Source of the DNA: Entomortierella parvispora E1425
Taxonomy: Eukaryota; Fungi; Mortierellomycota
NCBI GenBank assembly: GCA_020891255.1
Contig: BQFW01000015.1
Coordinates: 2,738,633-2,802,632, forward strand
Reading direction: 5' to 3'
Length of the DNA: 64,000 nt
Shown: positions 12,670 to 26,548 of the stretch, piece by piece
Numbering within the stretch: the first letter of the stretch is position 1
Layout of the letters: every line of letters starts with the position of its first letter
Position numbers and translations under genes: made by a program
The notes under the pieces: generated by a model
Seen by the model: only the letters and a program-made list of their open reading frames with translations
Databases searched by the model: none
What the model was told of the DNA's origin: nothing

Positions 12670-13597
12670 ATGGCTTCGACCTCCTCTGTCCGTACTGCCA
12701 CTGTCTCCAGAAAAACAAATGAGACTGACATTCACATCTCTTTGGCCATGGACAGCGCTGGCGCTCAAACCATTGAGATTGACTCGGGCATCGGCTTCCT
12801 CGACCATGTAGGGTTGCAATCCATTGTTTCTACCTCTTTCACCTCAACGAATGTAACTCGCCTGGTCTCCTTTTACAAGGAGCTGACCATATCATGTATT
12901 TTGCTCTCCTTTCCTTGCTTCCCCGTCCCTGATCATAGATGTACCATGCTTTGGCCAAGCACTCTGGCTGGTCTCTGTCCCTGAAGTGCAAGGGCGATCT
13001 TCACATCGATGACCATCACACAGCAGAGGATACCGCAATTGCTCTTGGCATGGCTTTTAAGAAGGCTTTGGGAGAACCTCGTGGAATCAAACGATTCGGA
13101 TCAGCATATTGCCCCCTGGACGAGGTATGCAATTGGACTGGCCATATTGGGAGAGATAAAGACGGAGAGTGAACTCATCTCTTTTTTCATTTATTCTCTA
13201 GGCACTCTCAAGGGCTGTGGTCGATATCTCTGGAAGGCCATTTGCAGATATTAACTTGGGATTGAAGCGGGAGATGATTGGTACGCTTTCTTGCGAGATG
13301 ATTCCTCACGTTCTCGAGTCTTTTGCTCAAGCAGGAGGCATCACATTGCACGTTGATGTCCTCAAGGGCTTCAATGACCATCACAGGTAAGCCGCGGAAC
13401 ATCTGTTGACATTCGAGCCAAGGTTAGCTTTGCGAATGACTTGAAGACTGACTCCCAATGCCAATCCCGATTTTTTTTTATTTTTTTTTTACTTTGTTAG
13501 AGCGGAAAGTGCATTCAAGGCCTTGGCAGTGGCGCTCAAGAGTGCCGTCGAGAGAACAGGCACGAATGATGTTCCCAGCACCAAAGGAGTGCTGTAA
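12670..13597 (+). CDS. HIS3: Imidazoleglycerol-phosphate dehydratase, multi-exon
   Basis: [41 protein letters not shown] and VPSTKGVL* motifs. Confidence 0.96.
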
Positions 13598-14294
13598 AAC
13601 CAATGCACCATAGAACATAAAAATAATACTCGCACGCGTTCTTGTTCGATACCAACATGTCCTTGGTGTATCACGTAATGATGAAAAGTGTTACCAACTA
13701 TTATTGGGCTCTGACCCGCGGGGCGGGGACCAGAAAAATGTACATTTTGGCTTGCACACTTGCTCGACGCGTCATGGCCCAGCAGTGTTTTCGATCGCAT
13801 TTGAGAGCCAATGGGTCAGTGTTTTTTGCGCCAGAACAGGCCGTGGCGTTCTTCAGAATGGAGTAGACGAGGCAAAAAAGATGAAGGCATCCCCGAGGAA
13901 TCCAAGACGCCGACTTCCGTCCAATCTGCATCGCTGGATTGCGTGCGAATGTGCACTCTGTGGCCGCGTTGGCAGCTACGCAAGAGGTTGCCGCGTAAAG
14001 CATGGGAAGGACATAAAAGAGGAGAGACGGCGTTTGATCAAGCTATCTGCTGCGAATGTTTTCCTTGTGCTCTCGGACCAACGAGACAGTGCTGTGGATG
14101 GTAAAACCAAAGCGATCGTGATCGAAATTACTTCTTCTTCCTTTCCTTTTCCTTTTTTTTCTTCCCAACTTCTCTCCCAAACGCACTGACAACGCCCTGA
14201 CACCCCCTTCCTCTTGCCTTCTTGTTTGCTACCCCCACACGCCTCTCCCTCTTCACCCGAACTCTTCTTACCAAGTCAAACACACTTTACATCA

Positions 14295-14650
14295 ATGGCT
14301 TCCACTGCTTCGCCCAATTTCTTTGCCAGACTCCGAATGGCGAAACCCAAGACCACTTGCTCAAAGAATCCTGTATGAGAGAAAGAGAGAGACACAGATT
14401 CAGTTGATATTGGTCATGAGAGTTTGTGCTGACCTTCTTGTCCCTTTGCAACCATCCTCTTTCTGTTCTAGGATGCCCTTCGAATTGGTATCCTTGGTGC
14501 CGCCAATATCGCGCCGACCGCCCTGATCAACCCGGCGAAGAGCATGAAATCCATTATCGTCGTCTCTGTCGCAGCCCGTGACCAGGAGAAGGCCAAGGTA
14601 AGACTAGCAGTGAGAGAGATGCAAACACACGAGGGTCGCACGCAAAAGGG

Positions 14651-14681
<31 letters not shown>

Positions 14682-15770
14682 GGTATCCTTTGTCCGTCTG
14701 ACCATGCTCTTTGCTTCTTTTTGCACTTGCAGGCGTACGCAAAGACGCACGACATCCCCAACACCCACCCCTCTTACGATGCCATCATCAATGATCCCGA
14801 GATTGATTGCATCTACAACCCCTTGCCCAATGGCCTCCACTTTGAATGGACCCGCAAGGCTCTCGAGGCTGGCAAGCATGTCCTCCTAGAGAAGCCTGCG
14901 ACCTCGAATGCAGCCCAGACAAAGATCCTCTTTGACCTGGCCAAGGCCAAGAACCGCGTCCTCCTCGAGGCGTTCCATTATCGGTTCCACCCTGCATCTA
15001 TCTTCTTCAGGCAGTTGTTGCAGGATCATATCGCGGAGGGACACGTGCTTCAAAAGGTGGAATCGATCATGTCCTGGCCTTCATTCTTCCCCAAGGACGA
15101 CATTCGCTTCAACTTTGCATTGGCGGGAGGCATCATGATGGACTGTGGATGCTACACCTTGAACTCGATCCGCTACTTTTCAGGACTGGAGGTCGAAAGT
15201 GTGCAGGAGGCCCGTCCAAAGATTGTCTCCCCAGAGATTGACGGTCGTATGGACGCGGTCGTGAACTTGTCGGGTTCCCATAGTCCAGGCGCCATTGGAA
15301 AGTTGACTGCCAGCTTGACCAACCCTTACTTTTCGATCGACACCTGGCGCAACATCCTGCCGTCGTTCACCGCAGAGACAGATACAAAGATCTTTACGTT
15401 TGGTGTCTTTGTCATGCCCACGGTACCTACAATTGCAGTATCATAGGGATCCTGCTTCTTGAATTTCTAGAAACATAGCGCGTTTATGATGAACTAACCC
15501 TCTAATTCTATCCTCATACGTCAATGATAACGCTAGGCTTATCATTACATCACCGTCAAAGACAAGGCCACGGGTAAAGTCGAGAATCTTCCCAAAGTGT
15601 ACGCTGAGGGGTATAGCACGTACAGATACCAGCTGGAAGCATTTGTCAGTGCTGTCAAGGGTGCCAACACGGATTCCATTCCAGGCTGGGTTAGCGCCGA
15701 GGACAGCTTCAAAAACATGACTGCCGTCGATGACATTTACAGGAGTGCCGGTTTGAAGATTCGCGAGTAA
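14295..15770 (+). CDS. Gfo/Idh/MocA-family NAD(P)-dependent oxidoreductase, multi-exon
   Basis: LRIGILGAANIA Rossmann start, IYNPLPNGLHFEW, GKHVLLEKP, LEAFHYRFHP and GGIMMDCGCY. Confidence 0.9.
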
Positions 15771-15842
15771 GAGCAGAAGGTTTTCCAGAATTTTATTTCA
15801 TAATAAAAGGTCTTATAAAAACAATACCCTATATTGCTTCCT

Positions 15843-17535
15843 CTATGGAGTTGAACTGGAGTATGGATTTAAAGAAGCGTAGTCCTTCACATCTCTGATA
15901 CCATCTGTCTCAATTGCAAAGGGTACAGTTTGATCCATAATATTGGGGGATTTGAACAGATGGGCTGTCCGCTTGTTATCTCCCTGTCGCATCCCGAGTC
16001 GAATTCTATGGGTGCAAAAATTTGCCCAGGTTTCTCCTAAAGCTGGTTGTATGACGCTCTGGTCTGAACGTGTATTGCCATTGCTACTTCCTGCATCGAT
16101 CTTTGTTGTCATTTGATTGATAACAACAACCTGCGCAAAATATAAGAAAAAAATGTCAGATGTTTCGACACAAATTGATTGTAACATCGAATGCTTCTCA
16201 CGTCTTACCGCAACATTAAAGTCTCGAGCAATTGTACTCAGCTGTCTTCCCAAAGTTGCCACAAGTTTGGTCCGTCCATTGATATCACTAAAGTTGGACC
16301 TAAAGGGAAAAGAGATCGAGTCCAACACGATCATTTTGACCTAGAAAGAAAACAAAAGTCGCGGTGCAATGATGTGTCAACATTGCTTTTTGTCTTTGGT
16401 GAGTCCTTCCCGTATGTACCGCTTATGGCAGGTGAGATCACTACCTTGGGCTGTGCCCGCACAATTTCGCTCAAGACTCTGCCCATCGCCACAAGCTCAA
16501 CAGGACTGTGCACTCGACAATACTGAATCCCTTGCAAGAGGACATCTGCCGTCAAGGCCGCTTCCTTATCTACAATAAGATTGAATAGAGGAACATGAGT
16601 TCAGAATTTAGCTGTAGATCAGAGCGAAGAGTTTTCCGTGAGCACATACCGTAGTCGTTCAAAATCTCAGCAAGCCTTTGCAAGCTCGCAGATCCGATTT
16701 GAGCAACCCGACTGGCGATAAGACTCCCTTCTGTGTCTGTAAACAAAAAAAAAAAAAAAAAAAGGATGAGTTTCAAGATTGACAACTAATCAGCGCAGGT
16801 CGCTTCGATATTCGCCACATACCGATAAAGATGGACGTTCCACCAGCACCGCCTGCGGAGGGGGGAAGTTGCGCATTGATACATAACTGCAGCCTATAAG
16901 GGCGGTGTGGAGTAGAAGGTCAATACGGACGCTTACACATTTCTCAAACCATGTTGCTATTGCACATGCACAATACCCTAGTTGAGTTTTTCCCATCCCA
17001 GGTAGTCCACAGATTTCCGTGATCTTTCCTGGAATGATCCCTTGTGAACCTCCAAAGAGACTATCCAATGCTTTGCTCGAGGTCGTGATAGATGCCCAGC
17101 TTTTTTCTTTCTCCCAGTTTTCGTTGGCAGTGAAGGATTTCAATGGTTCAGCTATGGGTGACGTTTGGGGCAAAAAAGATACAGTTAGAAGACGTACATA
17201 TTTGGCGATGGACTACAGCTCATACTACTGAAGATCGTGCCCTACGTGAAGGGTATAGCTGGCGTTTCAGTTCTTCAGTCTGCGCCACGGACAAGCTGAG
17301 CTCTATTCCAGAAGAGAAAAAAAAGTCATCATCCACATTCTCCTGGGACAAAGAGATGGCGAAGAATATTGCGTTAAGAGTGGGCGACAACAGATATCGC
17401 GTGAGCTATACCGGCAACAAGATCAGGCAGAGGCACTGAGCAGAGGTCGGCCACGGTGGTATAGCCCGACCGAAGGACCTTGTCGCGTAGGATGGCAGAC
17501 AGGCGTAGGGTGACGGCGGGACGGGAGGCAGCCAT
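15843..17535 (-). CDS. RAD51C: RAD51 paralog, most similar to RAD51C; multi-exon
   Basis: Short N-terminal helical region (RSGYTTVADL), Walker A ITEICGLPGMGKTQL, Walker B IVLDSISFPFR, VVVINQMTTK and PALGETWA..CTHR. Confidence 0.8.
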
Positions 17536-17922
17536 TGGTGAGTAGGCGGTAGATGAAATGGCAGCGGAGGAAACAGCAAGAACGAAGTTGACGATTGTAT
17601 TTCATCAGTCAAGTACGTCGAGATCCTTGGGCGCGAGGGCTCTTGCATACAAGTTGAGGAAGATCAAAAAGTAGAAACGGAAGATGGTTGCATGCATGCA
17701 TGGACGCTAATCGCCACCAAATTCATTTCATTTCGTGACTGTTTCCCACAGATCAGCAAAGCAAGCAAGCATCACATGCATGCACGCGTTTGCATTTCTT
17801 AGTTCAGCCTCTTCTCCATTTCTTCGTCTATCTCCTCCTCTGGCTCTACGACTGAAGTCGCTTCGATTCTCTTCGATTCTTAGTTCTCGTACCTCATTCT
17901 GCAACCAAAGTCTAGACCAGTC

Positions 17923-19633
17923 ATGGCACCTCTCCTCGAAAAGATCCTCTCCGCGAAGGAAGTCTCGCCATTTGTCCTCATCAAGGACACGCTCGAACAG
18001 TCGGGTCAGCTCCTCGGACTCGAGCTGCTCAGTGCATCCTCTCCAGAGTATGAACTGCTTTGACATAGGGCAAACTATCTTCACCCCTTTATGGATATAT
18101 ATTTGTTCACTGACACATTTCTTTGCTCTAACTTTGGTACGATCTTATAGTCATACCATTGTTCTCATCTGTGCGGAGTCGGCACCTTCCCGGATACTCC
18201 CTCTGATCAAAGGAAAACACAGGCATGTCAATCCGGAGGTCATATCTTTCTTGGAATCTCAATAATACATTTTCAGAGTTCTAATACGCGACAACCTGTG
18301 GCGGACCTCTCTTCATTTTTTTGCTCTGTCCATAGGAAGGTTGTCGTAGATTGTTACTCAAATCCCCTGGGATGGCTTGAGGCCGATACGCCTGAACTGA
18401 AGAAAGGACAGGACGGAAATGAGCTTGTCACCGTGCCTCTGAGGAGTGTGCGAAAGGCGACAAAGACCATCTCCCATGCAATTTCATCTCGTAAGTCGGC
18501 GGTCGAGGAGTTTCTGACAAAAACAATTGAATGTCTCGAAGTAACCTCTTTTCATATTTGTATTCCTCGATTAGAAAACTCCCACTTCACAATCTACTTT
18601 GACTCTCTCTCTCCGTTCTTGGCAGTGTCAGTCCCGGACACTTTTAATTTGATCCGCTCCATCACAGGGCTGTTGACAGGTAAAGGAAAGAGCTCTTATC
18701 TTATACTTTAACTCGCGTCTTTTTTTCATTCTGACATTGACCTTATTCTGTTTTCCAGAGACATCAAGAATCATTGCATTGCATCACGAAGATGTCCCAG
18801 ATGCAGCCAGTTTTCAACCAGATGGATCCAACCCTTTGGCAACCAACAGTCTTGCACATGTGGCGACCACTTTGATTACCCTGAAGAACAGTGAGGCCAT
18901 TCGACAGGATCAGGAAGATCTTCGCAAAGGAGTTGTTGCGGCAAGGGAGTTTAGCTACCTGACAGTGCACGGCAACGCATGGGATTCAGCCGTCTGCGAG
19001 ATTGAGCACAAGCGAAAGTCTGGCAAAGTGGCAAGAGAGGTAATGTCGAGGTCGCAAAGAGTTTGAAAATGGGGACAGAGCTACGCATCAAAGATGACTT
19101 ACAGCATGTATTCTCCTATTCTTTGCCTTGTCTCAAAAGACCAATGCCTATCATCTTGGCGCACCGACGGGCGACCTGGTTGTAGTCAATGTCTGGGATG
19201 TTGTAGGAGACATGCCCGATATTGACAAGTTGGACTTGGAGGAATCTCAGACGGTAATTGATCGAAATCTCAAATTTTTCTCCAATGGATGTCAGCTCTC
19301 GCTTGTGAAGTTGTCTTGCTTACATTGCGCGAGTACATCCCTCATTCTACACCTACTCTAGGCTGACCCTGCTGCCAATCTGTCCTTTAATCTCAATTTG
19401 ACGGAGGAGCAACGTCGTGCTAAAAACGATACTGTGCTGCCATATCTGAAGACTCAAGGTATACATATCTTCTTTTTGTCTCGCAGTCAAGGCCACTTTC
19501 ACTGCCGCATGATCTTGTTATACTCATATTTATTTCCTCTTTGCCTCTAGAAACCTCTGGCGCCATCTATTACGAGCCTGACGCTGCGGATGATTTCGAT
19601 GATGATGATCCTGATGATGATTTGACTATCTAA
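17923..19633 (+). CDS. ELP5: Elongator complex subunit 5, multi-exon
   Basis: N-terminal SPFVLIKDTLEQS and the C-terminal signature FNLNLTEEQRRAKNDTVLPY...IYYEPDAADDFDDDDPDDDLTI*. Confidence 0.88.
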
Positions 19634-19695
19634 ATCTCCACTTGGTAGCTAGTTGGACTAAAGACATTTATTCTGCGATATATGAGCTCTATTTT

Positions 19696-22600
19696 CTAAT
19701 GGTGATGAGCGGGTGCAACATAGCCGCCCATAGTCTCCCACATGTTTTCGGCCAACAGCCAATAGATTTCGTGATTGGCGTTGTGAGCCCTAATGGAGTG
19801 ATCGCTGTCTGTAAAGTAGTGCGACTTGTAACGGTGGTTGCTGGCCATGGTGAGTCGATCCATCAATACCAAGGAGTTTTGAACATGCACATTATCTATT
19901 CCGTCGACAGTCAGTAACAAGAGGAGAGGATAACAATAAGGTTAATTTGATCAGCATTGGTGACGCGGCATCGTACAACTCGACCAAGGAACGACGGGAG
20001 CTCTTATTTACCATCTCCGGTTCCGTGGACAAGCAAAAAGTCAGAGTTCTCAAATCCTGTCATGTTTGAGACAGCCGTTTGCTCATATCCTGCCAGGTTG
20101 ACAGAGGGCAGGTTCATGTAGCGCTCCGTGTAGACAGAATCGTAGAATCGAAAGTCAGACACGGGGGCCACAGACATGGCAGCTCTGAAGACGCCGCTGT
20201 TGGCCTCGGTCACCTTTGCAGCCATGAATCCACCATACGACTATACAAGGAGTGTGAAAGAAGCGCTGTTAGAGCCACATACTTGATCTGGAAGCTACAT
20301 CATCAAAACAACCAAAAATATCAAGATGTTGCCTTACCCATCCCCAAATAGCAACACGTTCAGGGTCGACATAGGGGAGTGTCTTCCAGTGCTTGCCAGC
20401 CGCAATTTGATCCTCAGTCTCAAATTTTCCAAGGTTGTTGACGACCTTGATCCTGAAATCACGACCACGCATTCCTGTACCACGACCATCCACGACCACA
20501 ACAACGTACTTGAGTTTCTCCGCGGCAGACATGACGGCACTGAATCCAAGCTGGAATTGGGTATCGACGATCTGTGAGCCTGGACCTCCATAGCTGTGAT
20601 GATCCGGGTACAGAAAAAGGAGATGAGTGGGGAAATAAGCAGTGAGTACAAACGTCAGAGAGTCAGTCGTCTGAGGGGTTCATAAAGTATCTGTATGTAT
20701 AACATGAACTTACACTTGGAAGAGGACAGGGTGCTTTTGATCCGACGAAAATCCGGGTGGCAAAAACTCCATATAGTTGCATTCTGTTAAGAGCAAAGTA
20801 CAAAATGTAAGTGAGAAGCAGAACAGAGATCAGTAGCCACTGTCATCCCAGCAGATCAGAAATGTTACCATGTCCGTTGAGCTCAACAGTGGACCAGCGT
20901 CGGGTTGGGATCTGTGTATCATTAAGAAGCGAACGCAAGTTCACATTCTCTTCCAGATTCACGTTGAACTTCTCGTCGTCTGACTTTTTCACCTTTTGCC
21001 ACGGGACGTCAGGCCCTCTATAGGAGAGGAGGTAATAGCCAGCTCCAGTGGAAAACGAAGTAGAGTAGTATCCAGGCTGCTCAACATCTGTCAAAGCTCT
21101 CCGTGTGGTTGAGGCCATGTCAACGCTATCAATGAGAGTGTTGATGAATTGAAAGAAGTTAATAACTGCCGATATATCTATCCTCGCGGAAATGGAGAGC
21201 GAAAATCGCTATACCTGTAAAGGTGGCGTTCAACGCTGGATTTTTCTGTCGAAATGTAGAAGACAAGACCCTCCTCATTGTCCACAGCGTCAATGGACTG
21301 AACCTCCCATGTGCCAGAGGTGAGCCACTTGGGGGTTGGGTGGTCGATTGGTGTGTAAAGGGCAATGTGGTTGTAGCCATCGTTGTTGACAATGTCGAGA
21401 TAGCCTCCTTGAGGAACGGCCTTGGAAGGCGCAATGTAGCGGATATTCTGCTGCATGTCGATCCATCCTCCATCTTCCTTTCCAGCATTCCACTCCCGAA
21501 CAATCTTTCCTGTAAGTTTCAAAGGATCCACCAGGACAAGCTTCTCATGGTTTTGAACCCTGTTCTGGACTTTGACCAGCAGTGCATCGGATGACTCGGT
21601 GGTCCACTTGACTTCAGCAATAATCCTGTTGTCCTGCGCGAAAATATCACTGAGATCGATTGCGTCCAAAGGTTGGAGTGCTGTGGGGTGCAGAGCAGAT
21701 CCGAGCTTGTAAATGTGCAGGTTCACATGGGGATTTGGGAATCCAGCCTTGGGGTACTTCATCATGATATCCCGAGGGTAAGCGGGAGCATCTAGTTGGT
21801 TGTCCATGTAAACAGAGTAATGGAACTCTGGCACATCCGTTTCATCAGAGTGCAAAAACGCAATGGCAGTTCCATCAGGCGACCACCAAAGAGCAGACGG
21901 GCTTCCGAGGACCTCTTCTTCGTAGACCCAATCCGTGATACCATTAAAGACACTGGGAGCTCCATCAAATGTGATCTGGCGACGCTCTGTAAGGTCCTCG
22001 TAGACATAAAGGTTGTTGTTTTGGACGTAGGCAAGACTGTGGCCCACAGGACTCCACGCAACATGTTCAACACCTGGTTCTCCTGCAGATTCGATCAAAG
22101 GTGACAAACTAAAATCGTCCCTGTTATAGATGTAGTAGGTCGCATTGAACGAGTGGCGCCATTGCTGCATGAAAAAAAGGGTAAATAACAAGGGGGCGAG
22201 GCCAAAACACTGTGAGTAGGCCGTGTCTCGAACATTTGAGGGCATCTGCATGATTCTGGTAACCTGTGCCTGCTTACCTTGCGTCTATCTGTGCCCAAAA
22301 GTACGTATTTTTCGTCAGGGGAAACTTGAAACGAGAAGAAGGGGATGGGGTGACCATGGGCCTTGGGGTGTCATCGAAAGATTGAGTGTTAGCAACGCGG
22401 CCATAGACACGAAACTGTGACTAGTTCACATGCGGAATGAACTACATCTTTCCTCAGACAACTTACGTCGGTCACATTCTTGGCTGGCAAAAAGACCTTG
22501 GGCTCGGATCCATCGACGTTGTTCAAGATAATGTCCCCATTGGCGTCAATGCGTGAGTAGCCGCCATCTTTGCCTGTGAAAAAGAGCAGTTTCCAGATGA

Positions 22601-23408
22601 GTGGGGATAGCTTGAGATGTCGCCACTGCAGTAAGAGCCAAGTAGGTGACTGTTGTCCTTACCATAGGTCATCCAAGCCAATGACTGGTACTTTGGCGCA
22701 AAAGACTGGTTGAACATATCTTCCAGTCCAAACGACGGACGCATGTCGGGCATGGCTTCTTTGGACATGTTTACTAGATACAGCAAAGGGATTGGCGGAA
22801 GCTGTTAGTTGGCGTTGCCCACGTCCGACGCGATCAAAACTGGTCCTTTTATGGCAACCATAAGACCATAAAAAAAGAGCTTCTTCCACGGTGGCCAGAC
22901 ATCTTTTGACAATTACCCAGTCGAGTGATACCCAGGAACATAGCAAAGCCGACCCAGAGAATGATAAAAAGGCCAAAGATGCTCAGGAAGACGCGATTGC
23001 ACCGAGAGAGCTATGTGGGGGTGAAAGGAGGGAAGATAATAGGGTATCGGTCAGTACTGTTCCATCAATCATTCATCTAGTAAAACAAGAGTTGCGTTTG
23101 ATCCTGGAATATATTGTTGTCCAATGCAGTACCTTTGGAGGATCAGCAAAGGTCATGGAGGGGCGTCTGTAAGGCTTCTCATTGTCCATAGCAGACGAGG
23201 AAGAGTAACGACGACCGCCATAGTAGCTCTCGTCGTCGTCTTCGTCATCCTGGTACTCGTCCTCAGTTATTGAGTCTACGTAAGCCGAGCGCTTCTGGAG
23301 TAGACCAGCGTCAGCCTGTCCAGAAGTGAGCACGGACTGGAGTTCCTCAAAGTCCTGATCATCGTCAACAGCAAGGGTCTCATAGCGACCTCCGCGGTTG
23401 GAGTTCAT
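19696..23408 (-). CDS. Dipeptidyl aminopeptidase (S9B, DPP-IV / Ste13 / Dap2 family), type II membrane protein, multi-exon
   Basis: DPPIV_N motifs ([28 protein letters not shown]), the nucleophile elbow GW-SYGG split by an intron, and [12 protein letters not shown]. Confidence 0.93.
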
Positions 23409-24062
23409 GGTGGCGAATGGGCTGGATTCTGCAGATGTGTTTGGTGAAGGGTGGTGATTGAGAAGGACAGAATGCGAATATGAAAGAGAGAAGAAAGGAG
23501 GATCGAGGTAAGGACGAAGGAGAGGGGCCAGGCGGGAGACGGAAGGAAGAAGGGGGCGAGCAAAGGAAAAGAGAAGAGAAAAAGAAAACGAAAAGGATGT
23601 CAGGCACACATGTCCGAACGTAATGAGACTCTGGTTGCTTTGTTTTCACTGGTCAAGGGCCATGCGCACCCTGCGCTCTCTGTCTGTGGATTTCAATTGC
23701 ATTTTATTCATGCTATCTGTCCTTCAGTCTGTTCGTCCTTTCTGTCGCTGAGCCAACAAATCAAGCGAGGGGTCAAGGGGCGACCCAACTGGCGGGCTGG
23801 CCTGCGGGTGGGCGCAAAGGGGGGGGGGGCTGCTTCCTTCCCTTCTTCCCTGTTCCTTCCATGTCGCAGAAAATTCCTGAATGAACTGCTCGGGTGCAGG
23901 ATATTCATTTGCATCCATGCAGGATCCTTCTTGATGCCTTGATTGATCCAGAACATTTCCGTCTAGTTTTGTTGGTGAGGTGTAATCCGTCCATCAGGAG
24001 TCTCAGTCCTCGGGTATATCGTTCCTGCTCCCCTTTTCGATTCCTGTTTCTTCCAGGGCCGG

Positions 24063-24626
24063 TTACCAAACGCTGCATTCATTCACCATCTCGATTACAT
24101 TTTCGAAAAGATTGCGATCCTGCTTGCGCTGTTGTTCCTCTTCGTCTGCGCTCAAGGAAATGTTGAGGTCGCGGTCGGGTGTCTGCAGGGATATGGTAAG
24201 CATGACCTGTCGTGTCTCTGCAGGGTTCTGGTGAGCAATCATCTGGGAGATGTGGGAGGCGTAGACCAGCTGCAGTTCCCGCTTCTTGGATCCTTCGTGT
24301 CCTGCTCCAAAGAGAAACTTTGAAGTGGTGGCAGCCAATTCGCCTGCAGCAGTTCCATGTGAGGACAGAGACTGGTTGTCGATCGTGGTGCTGATCTAGA
24401 GAAGGAGCAGAGAGACGAGTTTAGTCGAGTTGATATCTTGCTGGTCGGGCTACAGCGGTTGAAGGTGTATTCAAGGCAGAAGACGTACCATGCTGCCGAC
24501 GCGTCCAGTCTGGGAGACAAAGATAAAGATGGTGTCTGTGAATGACTGGACCCAGACCTCGGTGTGCACGCCTTGGACGGTGCGTGCGGTCAGCCGCATG
24601 GGAGCAGGAAAAGGGATGTCGGCCAT
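24063..24626 (-). CDS. Proteasome assembly chaperone 3 (PAC3/PSMG3-like); 2 exons
   Basis: Exon 1 MADIPFPAPMRLTARTVQGVHTEVWVQSFTDTIFIFVSQTGRVGSM matches the recalled PAC3 pattern FP...G..T.v....F.D.i.v.vtQ.G.iG and splices in frame to the 24063-24395 exon. Confidence 0.7.
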
Positions 24627-24640
24627 TGTGAGGAGATGGA

Positions 24641-24836
24641 GGAAGGAAGGAAGGAAGGGAGGGAGGGAGGGAGGGAGGGAGGGAGGGAGGGAGGGAGGGA
24701 GGGAGGGAGGGAGAGCTAAAAAAAAAAAAAAAGGTGTGGACCGTGACGAAAAGACGAAAAGACGAAGGAACGAAGGAACGAAAGAAAGAAAGAAAGAAAG
24801 AAAGAACAGTCCCCCACCCTGTCAGCCGTGGGAGGA

Positions 24837-24882
<46 letters not shown>
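24641..24882. repeat. Compound purine microsatellite block: (GGAA)n-(GGGA)n at 24641-24712, (GAAA)n near 24782-24804, (GA)n at 24840-24882
   Basis: Read directly; lies between the divergent PAC3-like and BCAT genes. Confidence 0.9.
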
Positions 24883-24886
<4 letters not shown>

Positions 24887-25100
24887 TGATCTCACACTCA
24901 CACCGACAGAACACACAGACTCACCAGTGACTAACACCGTGAACTTTATCAGCACCAGTGACGATCCTTTTGCCTTTCGCCTTCCTCGGTCGCTCCTTCG
25001 CCTCTTCCTCCTTCTTCACCTCACTTCTCTTCTCTTCACTTCCCTACTTCCTCCTCCTAGCTCCCCTTCCTCTTCCTCTCATTACCCCATCTCTCTCACG

Positions 25101-26459
25101 ATGACCGCCGCTCTCCCTCCCGCCCCTACTTCTGCCATCGACTGGGACAACCTCGGATTCAAATGGGTCGACACCAACGGCCATGTCAAGTACATCTACT
25201 CCAACGGAAAGTGGGACCAGGGCGAGTTTGTCAAGGACTCTTATATCAAGATGCATGTCTGCGCCCCTGCTCTGAACTATGGACAAGAGGTAAGTTTCTC
25301 TTCTTCTCTGTTTCTTTCTTTCCTTCTCGACAAGGTCCTTCTTCCGATCGATGATCGCCCCTGGACCGTCCAGTTTATCGAACCCAAAACCATGCATGAC
25401 TCTTAACAAATTCTCCGCCTCCCGCGTCTCTTAGTGCTTTGAGGGCATCAAGGCCTTCCGCTGCAAGGATGGTCAGGTCCGTATCTTCCGTCCTGACGCC
25501 AATGCCCGTCGTATGCTCTACTCGGCCGATCTTGCCTGCATGGCCTCTGTGCCTGAGGAGCTCTTTATCGAGGCCTGCGAGAGAGCTGTTGCCAACAACC
25601 TCGAGTTTGTACCCCCATACGGATCCGGAGGAGCCCTGTACTTGCGCCCTCTCTTGTTGGGAACCGGTCCCGAGATCGGTCTTTACCCTGCTCCCGAGTT
25701 CACCTTCTTGGTCATGGTCATCCCCGTCGGTAACTTTTACAAGTCTGGTGTCAAGCCCGTTGACTGCCTCGTTGTTGACTCTTTTGATCGAGGTGAGTTT
25801 TTTTTTTTCTATCTTTTTTGATCCAAGCACCAGACCCGTAGATTTGTTAATCCTCTCGGCTGATCAAAGTTCTAACCATTGTGTATCTTTCTTCTTGTTT
25901 ATTAGCTGCTCCCTTGGGAACCGGTGCTGCCAAGCTCGGTGGAAACTATGCCCCAGTCTTGAAGCACAGCAGTGCCGCCAAGGAAAAGGGCTATGCCATC
26001 ACTTTGCATCTCGACTCAAAGACCCACTCCAACATTGACGAGTTCAGCACTTCCAACTTTGTGGCTTTGACCTACGCATCCCCTGAACACGGCAACAACC
26101 CTGTCTTTTGTGCGCCAGAGAGTCCCTCCATCCTCAACTCGGTCACGAAACAGTCGCTTGTTCAATTGGCAAAGAGCTTTGGCTGGTCTGTCGACAACCA
26201 GGTTGTGCCTTTCACAGATATTCTCAACAACAGATTCGAGGAAGTCGCTGCCTGTGGTACCGCGGCTGTGATCACCCCTGTCAAGACCATCGAGCGTGCA
26301 GGCGTCACGACCGAAATTGGAACAGCCAAGACCCGTGAAGCCATCGGATCCGGTTTCCATCGCCTTTTCACAGCCATGCGTGGCATCCAGAATGGTGATT
26401 TGGAGGACCCCTACGGATGGATGCAGCCTGCTCAGGGCATTGCACCTCGCCAAGAATAA
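25101..26459 (+). CDS. BAT1: Branched-chain amino acid aminotransferase (PLP fold IV); 3 exons
   Basis: LNYGQ-ECFEGIKAFR, IFRPDANARR, ALYLRPLL, catalytic AAKLGGNYA and EVAACGTAAVITP. Confidence 0.93.
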
Positions 26460-26548
26460 GCAACGACAATTGTAATAAAATAAAAGAATCCAGTAAATAC
26501 TAGTTCGTTTTATTGTTTGAAGATCAATAGTGATGGTTGGTTTTTGGG

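Noticed and set aside
14484-14695. GTATCCTT strings resembling U12-type (minor) intron donors
   Set aside because: One lies in coding sequence and the other inside an ordinary GT-AG intron, not at an exon boundary. No minor intron is supported among the junctions I reconstructed.
23700-24060. Short ORFs between the dipeptidyl peptidase and PAC3-like genes (e.g. MDANEYPAPEQFIQEF...)
   Set aside because: No recognisable motif or consistent splice model; most likely UTR or promoter sequence.
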